A stretch of 24,631 nt of DNA. Origin: Candidatus Iainarchaeum sp. GTDB taxonomy: Archaea; Iainarchaeota; Iainarchaeia; Iainarchaeales; 0-14-0-20-30-16. Under the pieces are notes generated by a model. That model saw nothing but the letters and a program-made list of their open reading frames with translations. It had not been told where the DNA came from and made no database searches. Below are positions 1-8,521 of the stretch, one piece after another (within the stretch, counting starts at the first letter, position 1; each line of letters starts with the position of its first letter). Location of the stretch: the NCBI GenBank assembly GCA_903916665.1, contig CAIWXP010000013.1, positions 1 through 24,631 of the forward strand, in the 5' to 3' direction. Position numbers and translations under genes: made by a program.

Positions 1-720
1 AAAGATTTTTTTAGAAAAAAAGACATTAATTTTGAAGAATTAAATAAAGAAATATTACTAAATATTGAATTAAATAAAGATCCAATAGTTTTTGAAAAAA
101 ACCCTAAAGATTATATTCTTATTTTTACTCCAAACTCATTAAGAGGTATAATGAATAGTTTTATTATTATGCAGTCTACATTAGATTCAAAAATGAAGAA
201 AGATTCATACCTAAACACTTGTAAATTTGATAAAAAAATTAATATATTTGAAGATCCTTTTGTTAATTATTCGCCCTATTCTTGTAAATTAGATTTTGAT
301 TTTATAAACACTACGAAAAAATATTTAATTAAAAATGGGAAACAAACTGGCTATATTACAACTTTAAATGATGCTTTTAAATATAATAAAAAACCAACTG
401 GAAATAATATACCTGGATCAGTAACAAATTTGTATTTTTCAAAAGGAAAATATAATAAAGATCAATTAATTAAAAAATATAACAACGTAATTTTAATAAC
501 TAATTTAATAGGAATACACACAACTAATAGTAAAGAAGGAACTTTATGTTTATCTGCCTGTGGTATTGAATATAAAAAAGGAAAGAGAATTAATGCTTTG
601 AAAGATATTAAATTAAATGAAAAAATACAAGATCTATTTAAAAAGGTAGAAATAAGTAAAGAAACAAAATGGGTTGGAAATTATAACCTACCCTATTTAC
701 TATGTTTAAGAGATAAATAA
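1..720 (+). CDS. TldD/PmbA-family metalloprotease-like protein, C-terminal part (5' end lies outside the window)
   Basis: The frame is open from base 1 and in frame with the tracked ATG at 151. The C-terminal region (TGNNIPGSVTNLYF..., ILITNLIGIHTTNSKEGTLCLSACGIEYKKGKRI..., NLPYLL) resembles the conserved C-terminal half of TldD/PmbA proteins. The match is from memory, not from a search. Confidence 0.5.
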   Translation, partial: KDFFRKKDINFEELNKEILLNIELNKDPIVFEKNPKDYILIFTPNSLRGIMNSFIIMQSTLDSKMKKDSYLNTCKFDKKINIFEDPFVNYSPYSCKLDFDFINTTKKYLIKNGKQTGYITTLNDAFKYNKKPTGNNIPGSVTNLYFSKGKYNKDQLIKKYNNVILITNLIGIHTTNSKEGTLCLSACGIEYKKGKRINALKDIKLNEKIQDLFKKVEISKETKWVGNYNLPYLLCLRDK

Positions 721-735
721 TGAAGTGATGATGTC

Positions 736-1170
736 ATGTTACCTTGGGAACACATATTATTAGGACTATTTCCAATGATTAATCTATGGCAAACTTTTAA
801 TCCTGTTTTTGGAATGATATTTTTACTTAGTTCGGTATTAATTGATGTTGATCATTATCTTTTAGTTTTGTATGCGACTAAATTTAAAATTTGGGATTTA
901 AAAAAAGCCTATAATTTCTTTTTAATAAAACATGGCACACACTATCACATTGATGCAATATATGTTTTTCATACAATAGAATTTGTTTTGATATTGCTTT
1001 TAGTATATTGGTTTACAAGATATATTTACCTATTAGCAATAATATTTGGTTGGGTATATCATATGTTCTTTGACATTGCAGAAGTAATATACTTTAAATT
1101 GAAACATAGCAGTAGTCATAAATTCAAACAGATGTCAATAGTTTGGTATCTTATTAAGAAGAACTTGTGA
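736..1170 (+). CDS. Small polytopic membrane protein, possibly a YdjM/DUF457-like membrane-bound hydrolase
   Basis: 144 aa with several hydrophobic segments and His/Asp-rich motifs (DVDHYL, HGTHYH, FHTIEF, YHMFFD). The family assignment is weak. Confidence 0.45.
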   Translation: MLPWEHILLGLFPMINLWQTFNPVFGMIFLLSSVLIDVDHYLLVLYATKFKIWDLKKAYNFFLIKHGTHYHIDAIYVFHTIEFVLILLLVYWFTRYIYLLAIIFGWVYHMFFDIAEVIYFKLKHSSSHKFKQMSIVWYLIKKNL

Positions 1171-1210
1171 TATTTATGGCCGTACAAAAAACAATGTCAA
1201 AAAAAGTGGA

Positions 1211-1573
1211 ATGACTACCAACGAGAAAAATGAAGCTGATTTGAATAAACGATCTTCACAATTAAAAAGAGTACAAACTCAATTTGACAAAAATGAATAT
1301 AGATCTGCAATAACAAGAGCAAGAATATTATTAGAAAGAGGAGTACCCGATGCCTATTTCTTAGTTATGAATGCTTGTGTAAAACTAAAAGATGTTAAAA
1401 CTGCAGAAAGAATAGTTAAATTGGCATTAAAAAGAAATATTCGAAAAGACTATTTAGCAAAAATATTATTAGATGTATATAATGAAGCTGAAGAATTTAA
1501 CAAATATGATAAATTATACGCTAATTTAAAAATAATGAGTGCTGAAGAAGCACTAAGAAGTATTACTTCTTAG
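1211..1573 (+). CDS. Hypothetical small helical protein
   Basis: 120-aa ORF with coding-like composition and helical-repeat-like sequence. No family recognised. Its 3' end overlaps the convergent gene by 11 nt. Confidence 0.45.
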   Translation: MTTNEKNEADLNKRSSQLKRVQTQFDKNEYRSAITRARILLERGVPDAYFLVMNACVKLKDVKTAERIVKLALKRNIRKDYLAKILLDVYNEAEEFNKYDKLYANLKIMSAEEALRSITS

Positions 1574-2030
1574 TTTTCTTTTCTTGTTTGTAATTATCTA
1601 AATGATTTGGTAAATCTTGTTTTGTTGAAAAATCTTTGTATATGTGATGATTTACCAACATATGCCAATTATTTCCAATATTATAGGTAAATAATCCCAA
1701 AAACATAATTACTATTGCAAACAATACCCAAATTAAAGGCCAAAATGAAACCATTACATTTATTGTCTGATCTTGAACATATCTATCTGGATATAATGCA
1801 TGACCTGTGGTTTGATAAAAATAATCTCTACACAAAGAAGCATCTGCAGCAGTGTTTGCTTTTTCAAAACAAGTTTTTATACTACTCATAGTATCCCATT
1901 GATGAAATAGATTTGCAAATGAAACTATAAAACCAATCAACCCTATAAAGAATACAAAGGTTGCAATTAAACTAATTATATTAAAAGTATGTTTTTTATT
2001 AGACATGTATGGAATATTATGCCAAGCCAT
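1563..2030 (-). CDS. Hypothetical membrane protein
   Basis: 155 aa with two clear hydrophobic helices (FNIISLIATFVFFIGLIGFIVSF and VMVSFWPLIWVLFAIVIMFLGLF). A GGAGATGAT Shine-Dalgarno-like element lies 7 nt upstream of the ATG. Confidence 0.55.
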   Translation of the reverse strand: MAWHNIPYMSNKKHTFNIISLIATFVFFIGLIGFIVSFANLFHQWDTMSSIKTCFEKANTAADASLCRDYFYQTTGHALYPDRYVQDQTINVMVSFWPLIWVLFAIVIMFLGLFTYNIGNNWHMLVNHHIYKDFSTKQDLPNHLDNYKQEKKTKK

Positions 2031-2059
2031 TAATAATCATCTCCTATTTATGGTTCCTG

Positions 2060-2101
2060 TTATATAATTTTGATATTTTGAGAAATTATTAACTGAGCCA
2101 T
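2060..2101 (-). other. 13-codon upstream mini-ORF (MAQLIISQNIKII) with its own GAGGTGAT ribosome-binding site
   Basis: On the minus strand, GAGGTGATTATTAATGGC precedes the mini-ORF. It nearly duplicates GGAGATGATTATTAATGGC, which precedes the 155-aa gene about 70 nt downstream. Confidence 0.25.
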
Positions 2102-2178
2102 TAATAATCACCTCAAACTAGAAAATAATATGACTTGGATTTATTTAAACCTTTTGTTTGACCACAATACTCTTTTAA

Positions 2179-3186
2179 TCAATAAAGCGTCTCGGCATTT
2201 ATGGGATAATTTGTAGTTATTCTTATATCATTTACTCCCAAAACACTTTGCGATACTCTATTAAATCCTATTCCACAACCCGAGTGTAATATTCTATGGT
2301 TTTTTATCAAATCTAAATAATCTTTAAATGTATCTAAAGTTATTCCTCTTTTAACTAATATTTTATACATGTTACTATCTTTTAATCGTTCAACTAAAAT
2401 ATTATAATCATCTTCTCTTTCTGCGCTTCCCACACTTTCCCCGGCATAGGGCATTAATAAATCGCAACTATTTACAATATCTTCATTTTCTCTATTCACA
2501 CGCATGTTAAAAAATTTTATTTTCTTTGGAAAATGTGTAACAAATGTTGGTTTATTTCCTAATAACTTTATTATTTCCATTTCATGCATATGCTTAAAAT
2601 CATCACCCCAATTTATTTCAACACCATTTTTTTGTAATAATTGTATCGCATCAGTATAGGTAACTCTATTAAAAGGCAAAGTAAAACTTCTTAATTCATC
2701 AATATTTCTACCTAAACTTTTCAATTCATCGTGAGTTAAATCCAATGCATTATTTATCATACTTTTTATTGTTCCTTCTATATTATTTAATAATTCATCT
2801 AAAGTTCCAGCATGCTCAAATTCTAAAAGCATAAATTGATTTAAATGTCGCGAGTCAACTGCTTGCTCAGCTCTAGAACTTGTAATAGTTGTCCAAACTT
2901 TTTTGTGACTTGGTATTTTTGCTTCTAAAAAAAGCTGTCCGGTTTGTGCCAAATATGCTTGTTTACCAAAATGATCTAAAGCGTATAGTGTATCAACATT
3001 TTCACAGGCACCGGTAACCTTTGTCATTGTTGGAACTTCTACCCACAAAAATCCTTTTTTCTGCAAATATTGAGTTGCTCCAGAATATAAAGCATCATTT
3101 ATTTTATCTATTTTAGACATCTCATCACAGGTTACCAATTCAAATCTATTATTTGTTTCTTTTAGCTTATCCATCACATCACCCAA
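2179..3186 (-). CDS. Class II aminoacyl-tRNA-synthetase catalytic core without an anticodon-binding domain (archaeal AsnRS-paralog / AsnA-like asparagine synthetase)
   Basis: 335 aa. Class II motifs are present: GFLWVEVPTMTK, RHLNQFMLLEFEHAG (motif 2-like) and GCGIGFNRVSQSVLGVNDIRITTNYP (motif 3-like). There is no N-terminal OB-fold domain. The tracked start is TTG at 3186; the ATG at 3174 (MDKLKE...) is an equally plausible start. Confidence 0.65.
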   Translation of the reverse strand: MGDVMDKLKETNNRFELVTCDEMSKIDKINDALYSGATQYLQKKGFLWVEVPTMTKVTGACENVDTLYALDHFGKQAYLAQTGQLFLEAKIPSHKKVWTTITSSRAEQAVDSRHLNQFMLLEFEHAGTLDELLNNIEGTIKSMINNALDLTHDELKSLGRNIDELRSFTLPFNRVTYTDAIQLLQKNGVEINWGDDFKHMHEMEIIKLLGNKPTFVTHFPKKIKFFNMRVNRENEDIVNSCDLLMPYAGESVGSAEREDDYNILVERLKDSNMYKILVKRGITLDTFKDYLDLIKNHRILHSGCGIGFNRVSQSVLGVNDIRITTNYPINAETLY

Positions 3187-3218
3187 AACTATTGCTATGG
3201 AAGTATTATAAATTCATT

Positions 3219-3240
3219 TGTTGTAAATTATTTTACAACA
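3219..3240. promoter_or_regulatory. Perfect 9-bp inverted repeat (TGTTGTAAA-ttat-TTTACAACA) abutting a TATA-like box; candidate operator of the TrmB-family regulator
   Basis: Read directly from the sequence. It lies in the 78-nt divergent intergenic region, immediately upstream of TTTAATATATA (about 3243-3253) and about 30 nt upstream of ATG 3274. Confidence 0.4.
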
Positions 3241-3264
3241 CTTTAATATATAGTTTAAAGACCA

Positions 3265-4002
3265 ATGATTACTATGGAATTATACAATACATTAAAACAT
3301 TCAGGATTAACAAAAAACGAATCTAAAATATATTTGGCACTAATTAGATTGGGTTCTGTGAAAGCAGGACAGGTATCAAAGGAAACCGAATTTAATAGAA
3401 CTACTACCTACGAATGTTTGAAATCTTTGGGGTCTAAAGGTTTGGTAAGCTACGTTATAATTGGAAAAATAAAATATTTCCAAGCATCAAATCCCAAAAA
3501 TTTAGAAATGTATATGCAAGATAAATTAGATGATATAAAATCTATTTTACCAGAATTAGAAAAACAATATAAATCAACAAAACTAAAAGAAAATATTCGT
3601 TTATTTAAAGGGAATAAAGGAGTTAAAAGTGTTTTAAATGATATTATTGAAAATGCAAAAGAAAATTATATATTTGGTTCTGAAGGTCAACTAGAAGAAA
3701 GATTACCAGAATATGCAAAAAAGTTTGTTACTATTTTAGAAAAGAAAAAAGTTCAAGTTAGAAGTATAGTTAGATCAGGAAGAACTACAAAAGAAACAAG
3801 GAATAAAAAAAATAAATATATTGACATGGATGTTGAATCACCAGTAGTTACAAATATATTTAATAATAAAATTGCAATAATAATTTGGTCAGAAATACCA
3901 GAAGTTATTTTAATAGAAAATGAAAATGCTGCAAAAAGTTATAAAGAGTTTTTTGAATTTATGTGGAAAAATGCAAAAACTAATTCTAAAAAATCAAAGT
4001 AA
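3265..4002 (+). CDS. TrmB-family winged-helix transcriptional regulator
   Basis: The N-terminus (LKHSGLTKNESKIYLALIRLGSVKAGQVSKETEFNRTTTYECLKSLGSKGLVSYV) is the typical TrmB HTH. The second ATG at 3274 (MELYN...) may be the true, possibly leaderless, start. Confidence 0.75.
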   Translation: MITMELYNTLKHSGLTKNESKIYLALIRLGSVKAGQVSKETEFNRTTTYECLKSLGSKGLVSYVIIGKIKYFQASNPKNLEMYMQDKLDDIKSILPELEKQYKSTKLKENIRLFKGNKGVKSVLNDIIENAKENYIFGSEGQLEERLPEYAKKFVTILEKKKVQVRSIVRSGRTTKETRNKKNKYIDMDVESPVVTNIFNNKIAIIIWSEIPEVILIENENAAKSYKEFFEFMWKNAKTNSKKSK

Positions 4003-4038
4003 ATTTTAAAATAAATATTTAGAAAAACTAATTATAAT

Positions 4039-5439
4039 TTATTTACCATTAATATTTTTTGCATTAATTCTCGCTTGTTCTGTTGGATAATCAGCATTTA
4101 AACAACCTGTGCATATTGGTAAACCTATTGCTTTTTGTAAACCTTCAATTGATAAGTATCCTAGGGAATCAGCAGTTAAAAATTTTCTAATTTCTTCAAT
4201 TGATTTCTGATTTGCAATTAATTCCCCAAAAGAAGGTATATTAACACCATAAAAACAAGGATTTGTTATGGGAGGAGAAGTTATTCGCACATGAATTTCT
4301 TTTGCTCCTGCCTCTCTTACACTTAAAATTATTTCTCTTAATGTGGTGCCTCTAACAATACTATCATCAATTAATACCACACTTTTGTTTTCTATTAAAC
4401 CTCGAACTGGATTTAGTTTCATTCTCACAGCTAAAGCTCTTTTATCTTGATTTGGCATAATAAAAGTTCTTCCGATATATCTGTTTTTTATTATTCCTTC
4501 TTCATAGGCAATGTTTAATTCTTTTGCAAAAATTTCTGCTGCTGTTCTTGATGTATCTGGAACAGGAATAACAACATCTGCTTTTACTAAATGTTCTTTT
4601 GCTAATTCTTTTCCTAGGTTTTTTCTAATTTCAAAAACATATTGATCATTTATTTTTGAATCTGGTCTTGAAAAATAAACATATTCAAACATACAATGTT
4701 TTATTTCTTTTTTCAAAATATTTTTTCTTTCTATTCCTGAATTATTTATTAAAACTAATTCACCAGGATTAACTGAACCTTTATATGGGATTTTATTTAT
4801 ATCCAAAGCAACACTTTCAGATGCAAAACAAATATAGTCTTCATTCTCGCCCCAAACCAAAGGCCTTATTGCATGAGGGTCTCTAAATACTAATAATTGA
4901 CCAGCAACAATACAGGCATTAGAATAGGCACCATCCAATTTTTGCATTAAATGTTCTAATACTTTTTCTAAACTTAAACCTAGTTCTAATTGTTCTTTTA
5001 ATAAAAACGCAATTATTTCCGAGTCAACAGTTCCATCAAAAACAAAACCTGTTTGTTCTAATTCTTTTTTTATCATAACATAATTAGCTAAATGCCCGTT
5101 ATGAGATACGGCAATATTTTTGTAAACCAAAGGCTGAACATCAACAATTTCACAGGCAGAAACAGTAGGATATCTTGTATGTCCGATACCAATTGATCCT
5201 TTCAAATTTAACTTTTCAGTAAATACTTCATTAACTAGACCAAAGCCTTTTTTTGTATTTAAATTATAGCCATCAAAAATAGTCATACCACAAGCATCTT
5301 GTCCTCTATGTTGTAAAGCTAACAATGCCCTATATACGGCAGGAGCTACATCTAATCCTTTCTTAGACAATATGGCAACTATCCCGCACTCTTCTCGTTT
5401 TTCTTCGGTATTAAAATTAGTTAAATTTAATTTACTCAT
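4039..5439 (-). CDS. purF: Amidophosphoribosyltransferase (glutamine-PRPP amidotransferase)
   Basis: Ntn Cys after a short propeptide (EECGIVAI), the PRPP-binding loop VVLIDDSIVRGTT, and Fe-S cluster cysteines (PCFYG, CTGCLNADYP). Confidence 0.9.
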   Translation of the reverse strand: MSKLNLTNFNTEEKREECGIVAILSKKGLDVAPAVYRALLALQHRGQDACGMTIFDGYNLNTKKGFGLVNEVFTEKLNLKGSIGIGHTRYPTVSACEIVDVQPLVYKNIAVSHNGHLANYVMIKKELEQTGFVFDGTVDSEIIAFLLKEQLELGLSLEKVLEHLMQKLDGAYSNACIVAGQLLVFRDPHAIRPLVWGENEDYICFASESVALDINKIPYKGSVNPGELVLINNSGIERKNILKKEIKHCMFEYVYFSRPDSKINDQYVFEIRKNLGKELAKEHLVKADVVIPVPDTSRTAAEIFAKELNIAYEEGIIKNRYIGRTFIMPNQDKRALAVRMKLNPVRGLIENKSVVLIDDSIVRGTTLREIILSVREAGAKEIHVRITSPPITNPCFYGVNIPSFGELIANQKSIEEIRKFLTADSLGYLSIEGLQKAIGLPICTGCLNADYPTEQARINAKNINGK

Positions 5440-5479
5440 ATCTAATATAGATTTAGACTATTTAAATGTAACCTCAAAA

Positions 5480-6235
5480 TTAATCTAAATTTGAATCAAA
5501 TATTTTTAATTTCGAAATTTCTGGAAGCTTTAATAATCCTAGTTCTTTATCTATTGCAATTATTTTCAATTTATCTATATCAACATCATTTCGTAAAATT
5601 GGAGATAATAAATGTCTTTTGTCAATTAAATTAATTTCTGTACCGGCACTTAAAGGAGAAAAACTAGGCATAACAATTATATTCTTTTTATCTAAAGTTT
5701 TTCCATAAACAAAACAAGGTAATTTAAATTTTTCAAACCCTTGTCTTAATACTACTGCTGGTTGTTCGTGACCCATAACTACGATTTTAAATTTTTTATC
5801 TGGCAAAGCTTTGTGGCCATGAGTAAATAAAACATCTTCAATTAAAAGATCTTCAACTAATCTTAATTTATATTTTGCAACAATTTGTGGCAAGAAAGTA
5901 TCATGATTTCCTTTTACTATTATGATTGTTTTTATTTCTTTTTGTATAGTTTCAATAAAATGCGATAATTCAGAAAATTCTTCCTTTGAATTTCTTGTAA
6001 AATCATGTTTAAAATCACCATTAATTAATAATCGTTTAGGTTTTAATTCTTTAATGATATTTAATAATTCTTCTAAAATTATCTTTGTTTGATGCTTTGG
6101 CAAAAAAAATCCTTTTGATGCAAAATAATTTTCTTGCCCTATTTGTAAATCTGCAATCACTAATAATTCTAATGATTTAAAATACAGTGCTTTATCATAG
6201 ACAAAAATATTTTTAAAAATTTCTAGTTTATTCAT
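5480..6235 (-). CDS. PdeM/MPE-type calcineurin-like metallophosphoesterase (Lhr-associated nuclease family)
   Basis: Motifs LLVIADLQIGQ, LLINGDFKHDF, VKGNHD, FTHGH, GHEQPAV and LPCFVY match the ligase/Lhr-associated PdeM family. It lies 12 nt downstream of the Lhr gene. Motif I reads D-L-Q where D-x-H is expected. Confidence 0.7.
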   Translation of the reverse strand: MNKLEIFKNIFVYDKALYFKSLELLVIADLQIGQENYFASKGFFLPKHQTKIILEELLNIIKELKPKRLLINGDFKHDFTRNSKEEFSELSHFIETIQKEIKTIIIVKGNHDTFLPQIVAKYKLRLVEDLLIEDVLFTHGHKALPDKKFKIVVMGHEQPAVVLRQGFEKFKLPCFVYGKTLDKKNIIVMPSFSPLSAGTEINLIDKRHLLSPILRNDVDIDKLKIIAIDKELGLLKLPEISKLKIFDSNLD

Positions 6236-6247
6236 TATATCACAACA

Positions 6248-8500
6248 TTAGGTTCCAACTTTCTCAATAATCTTTTTATGCAAAGCTAATAATATTTTCT
6301 TTCTATCTTCCATTAAAACTATATCTGCATCTGCTAATATTATTAAATTATGAGCAAATGGACTTGCTAAATTACTTTCAGGTAATTGCTCTAATTTAAT
6401 TTTTCCTGTGTTAATTTTATCTAATATTACCAAAGCATTATTTATATCCATGTAGTCTACCATTACTTCTCTAAATACTTCTTCAATAACTGGAAAATTT
6501 TCAATTGCGTCACAAACTTTAAATAAACGATCAGCACTCATCTGTTGACGTCCTGCGGGGTACTCATAGCCTTTATAATTTCTCAAAATCATCAATGATC
6601 TTGTGGCAACATGTCTGAATTTTCTTTTTAATAATTCTGTTTGTTTTAATGCTAGCCTTAATATCCCTGAAAAATTATCTTTTCTAATACTTTTGAATAA
6701 TTCTGATGTGTGTGGGCAAAGTTTTTTATCCTCTGCATGAATTGTTAAAATAAATCCATTATCATTCACACCAATTGGAATACTTCTTTCAACTTGTTTT
6801 GATAAAATAAATGCCAATACTCTTGACAAAGCATCATTAACTCTTCTTCCAAACAATGCATGAAATATTAAATTTTTATTGCCGGCATCATCAATATAAT
6901 CTTCTATAACTATATTATTATTGTTAGGATAAATATTTGTTTTTAGAGAATCTAAAAACTTTTGTTCATAGTAAAAATAATCTGTTATTGCTTTGCTTGC
7001 ATTCAAATCAATTTTATATTCTTTAATTAAGTGATCTTTGATTTCTGTTTTTGTTTTAAATTTACAAAGCACAAAAATCTCACCACGAAATTTTCCTATT
7101 TCTTGAGATAAATCAAAATTCAAAGGTAATTGTTCTGAAAACCAACTAGGTACTGTAGGCTTTCTATCTTTCAAAGCAATAACAAATGCAGTCATTCCTA
7201 ATGAACGAGAAAACTGATAACTTTTTCCCGCCAAAACAAAAATATCTCCTTTTGATAAACGAGCTAGAAAATCTTCCTCTATTGTTCCAATGATATCTCC
7301 TTTTGTTGTTTTAACTTTCACTTTAACTTCATCAGGAATAGTTCCTATGTTCATTGAATATAACATTCTCGCTAATCTTCCTCGCTTTCCAAATTGATTT
7401 AACACAGGATCATACCAAATTTTTCCATAGACGTGTTTATCTTCTAAACTATGATATTCCCCTGACATATATTTTATTACATTCATGTAAGTTTCGTAGG
7501 TTATATCGTTATAACAATAGGATTGCTTAATTAATTCGTAGGCATCTTTGATATACCATTTATTTTCTAGACTTAATCCCATAATATGTTGACACAAAAC
7601 ATCCAAAGCATTTTTTACTATATGAATTCTATCTAACCAGTTTTCTGATGCTTTCTTGAACATTACAGTTGTTTCAACCAAATCATCTCTATCTAAGCAA
7701 ATAACTCTTCCTTTAGATGTTTGATGAATCTTATGCCCAGCTCTTCCAATTCGTTGAAGTGCTCGCGAAACACTTTTAGGTGAGCCTATTTGTATTACTA
7801 AATCAACAAATCCAATATCAATTCCTAATTCTAAACTTGTTGAACTTACAATAACTTTTAATTTTCCTGCTTTCAATTTATTTTCCAATTCTAATCTTGT
7901 TTCTTTTGAAACAGAAGAATGATGCGCACCAATATCTTCATCACTATAGGTTTCAGGATAACTATCTTTTAAATGATGAACTATTCTTTCTGTTCCCGAT
8001 CTTGTATTAGTAAAAATTAAAGTTGTTGTATGGGTTCTAATTTGTTTATCTAAAAAATCATATAATTTTTTGTTTATAGTTTCTGTATCAGTATACATCA
8101 AATCATTTGTTGGACTCATAACAACTATATCCATTGTTTTTGAAAATCTTGCATCTATTACTATACAATCTCTTGGTTCATTATTTTCAAAACCAACTAA
8201 ATATTTCGCAACTTCTTCCAATGGTTCTAGTGTAGCTCCTAAACCAATTCGAACCATTTTATGTTCAACTAAATGTTGTAACCTTTCAATACTTAATGAT
8301 AAATGAGCACCTCTTTTTGAATTTGCTAACTCGTGTATTTCATCAATAACAATATATTTAACACTTTTTAATTTTTCTCTGAATTTTGGAGCACATAATA
8401 ATATTGCTAATGTTTCAGGAGTAGTACATAAAATATGTGGAGGCTTTCTTAATTGTTTAGCTCTTATTTTTGTTTCTGTGTCACCAGTTCTTATTCCCAC
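6248..8500 (-). CDS. lhr: Lhr-family superfamily-2 DNA helicase, C-terminal 750-aa fragment (motif Ib to C-terminus). It is in frame with the upstream fragment across one TAA.
   Basis: RTGDT, PPHILCTTPETL, the DEIH box (VIDEIHEL), FTNTR, SSTSLELGIDIG and QRIGRAGH, followed by Lhr-type WH and C-terminal domains. The tracked start is a GTG that is simply the Val codon of ...LRVGIRTGDT. Confidence 0.85.
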   Translation of the reverse strand: MGIRTGDTETKIRAKQLRKPPHILCTTPETLAILLCAPKFREKLKSVKYIVIDEIHELANSKRGAHLSLSIERLQHLVEHKMVRIGLGATLEPLEEVAKYLVGFENNEPRDCIVIDARFSKTMDIVVMSPTNDLMYTDTETINKKLYDFLDKQIRTHTTTLIFTNTRSGTERIVHHLKDSYPETYSDEDIGAHHSSVSKETRLELENKLKAGKLKVIVSSTSLELGIDIGFVDLVIQIGSPKSVSRALQRIGRAGHKIHQTSKGRVICLDRDDLVETTVMFKKASENWLDRIHIVKNALDVLCQHIMGLSLENKWYIKDAYELIKQSYCYNDITYETYMNVIKYMSGEYHSLEDKHVYGKIWYDPVLNQFGKRGRLARMLYSMNIGTIPDEVKVKVKTTKGDIIGTIEEDFLARLSKGDIFVLAGKSYQFSRSLGMTAFVIALKDRKPTVPSWFSEQLPLNFDLSQEIGKFRGEIFVLCKFKTKTEIKDHLIKEYKIDLNASKAITDYFYYEQKFLDSLKTNIYPNNNNIVIEDYIDDAGNKNLIFHALFGRRVNDALSRVLAFILSKQVERSIPIGVNDNGFILTIHAEDKKLCPHTSELFKSIRKDNFSGILRLALKQTELLKRKFRHVATRSLMILRNYKGYEYPAGRQQMSADRLFKVCDAIENFPVIEEVFREVMVDYMDINNALVILDKINTGKIKLEQLPESNLASPFAHNLIILADADIVLMEDRKKILLALHKKIIEKVGT

Positions 8501-8521
8501 TCTTAGGTCTAATTTTACTTT

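Noticed and set aside
4039-5439. purF as an anomalous 'orphan' purine-biosynthesis gene in a reduced genome
   Set aside because: No other pur genes are in the window, but the rest of the genome is not visible. The gene looks intact and ordinary, so the observation cannot be supported from this sequence alone.
8070-8306. 78-aa plus-strand ORF inside the lhr gene
   Set aside because: It is entirely antisense to a well-supported helicase CDS. The sequence is low-complexity and Ile/Ser/Phe-rich, as expected for a shadow ORF in AT-rich DNA.
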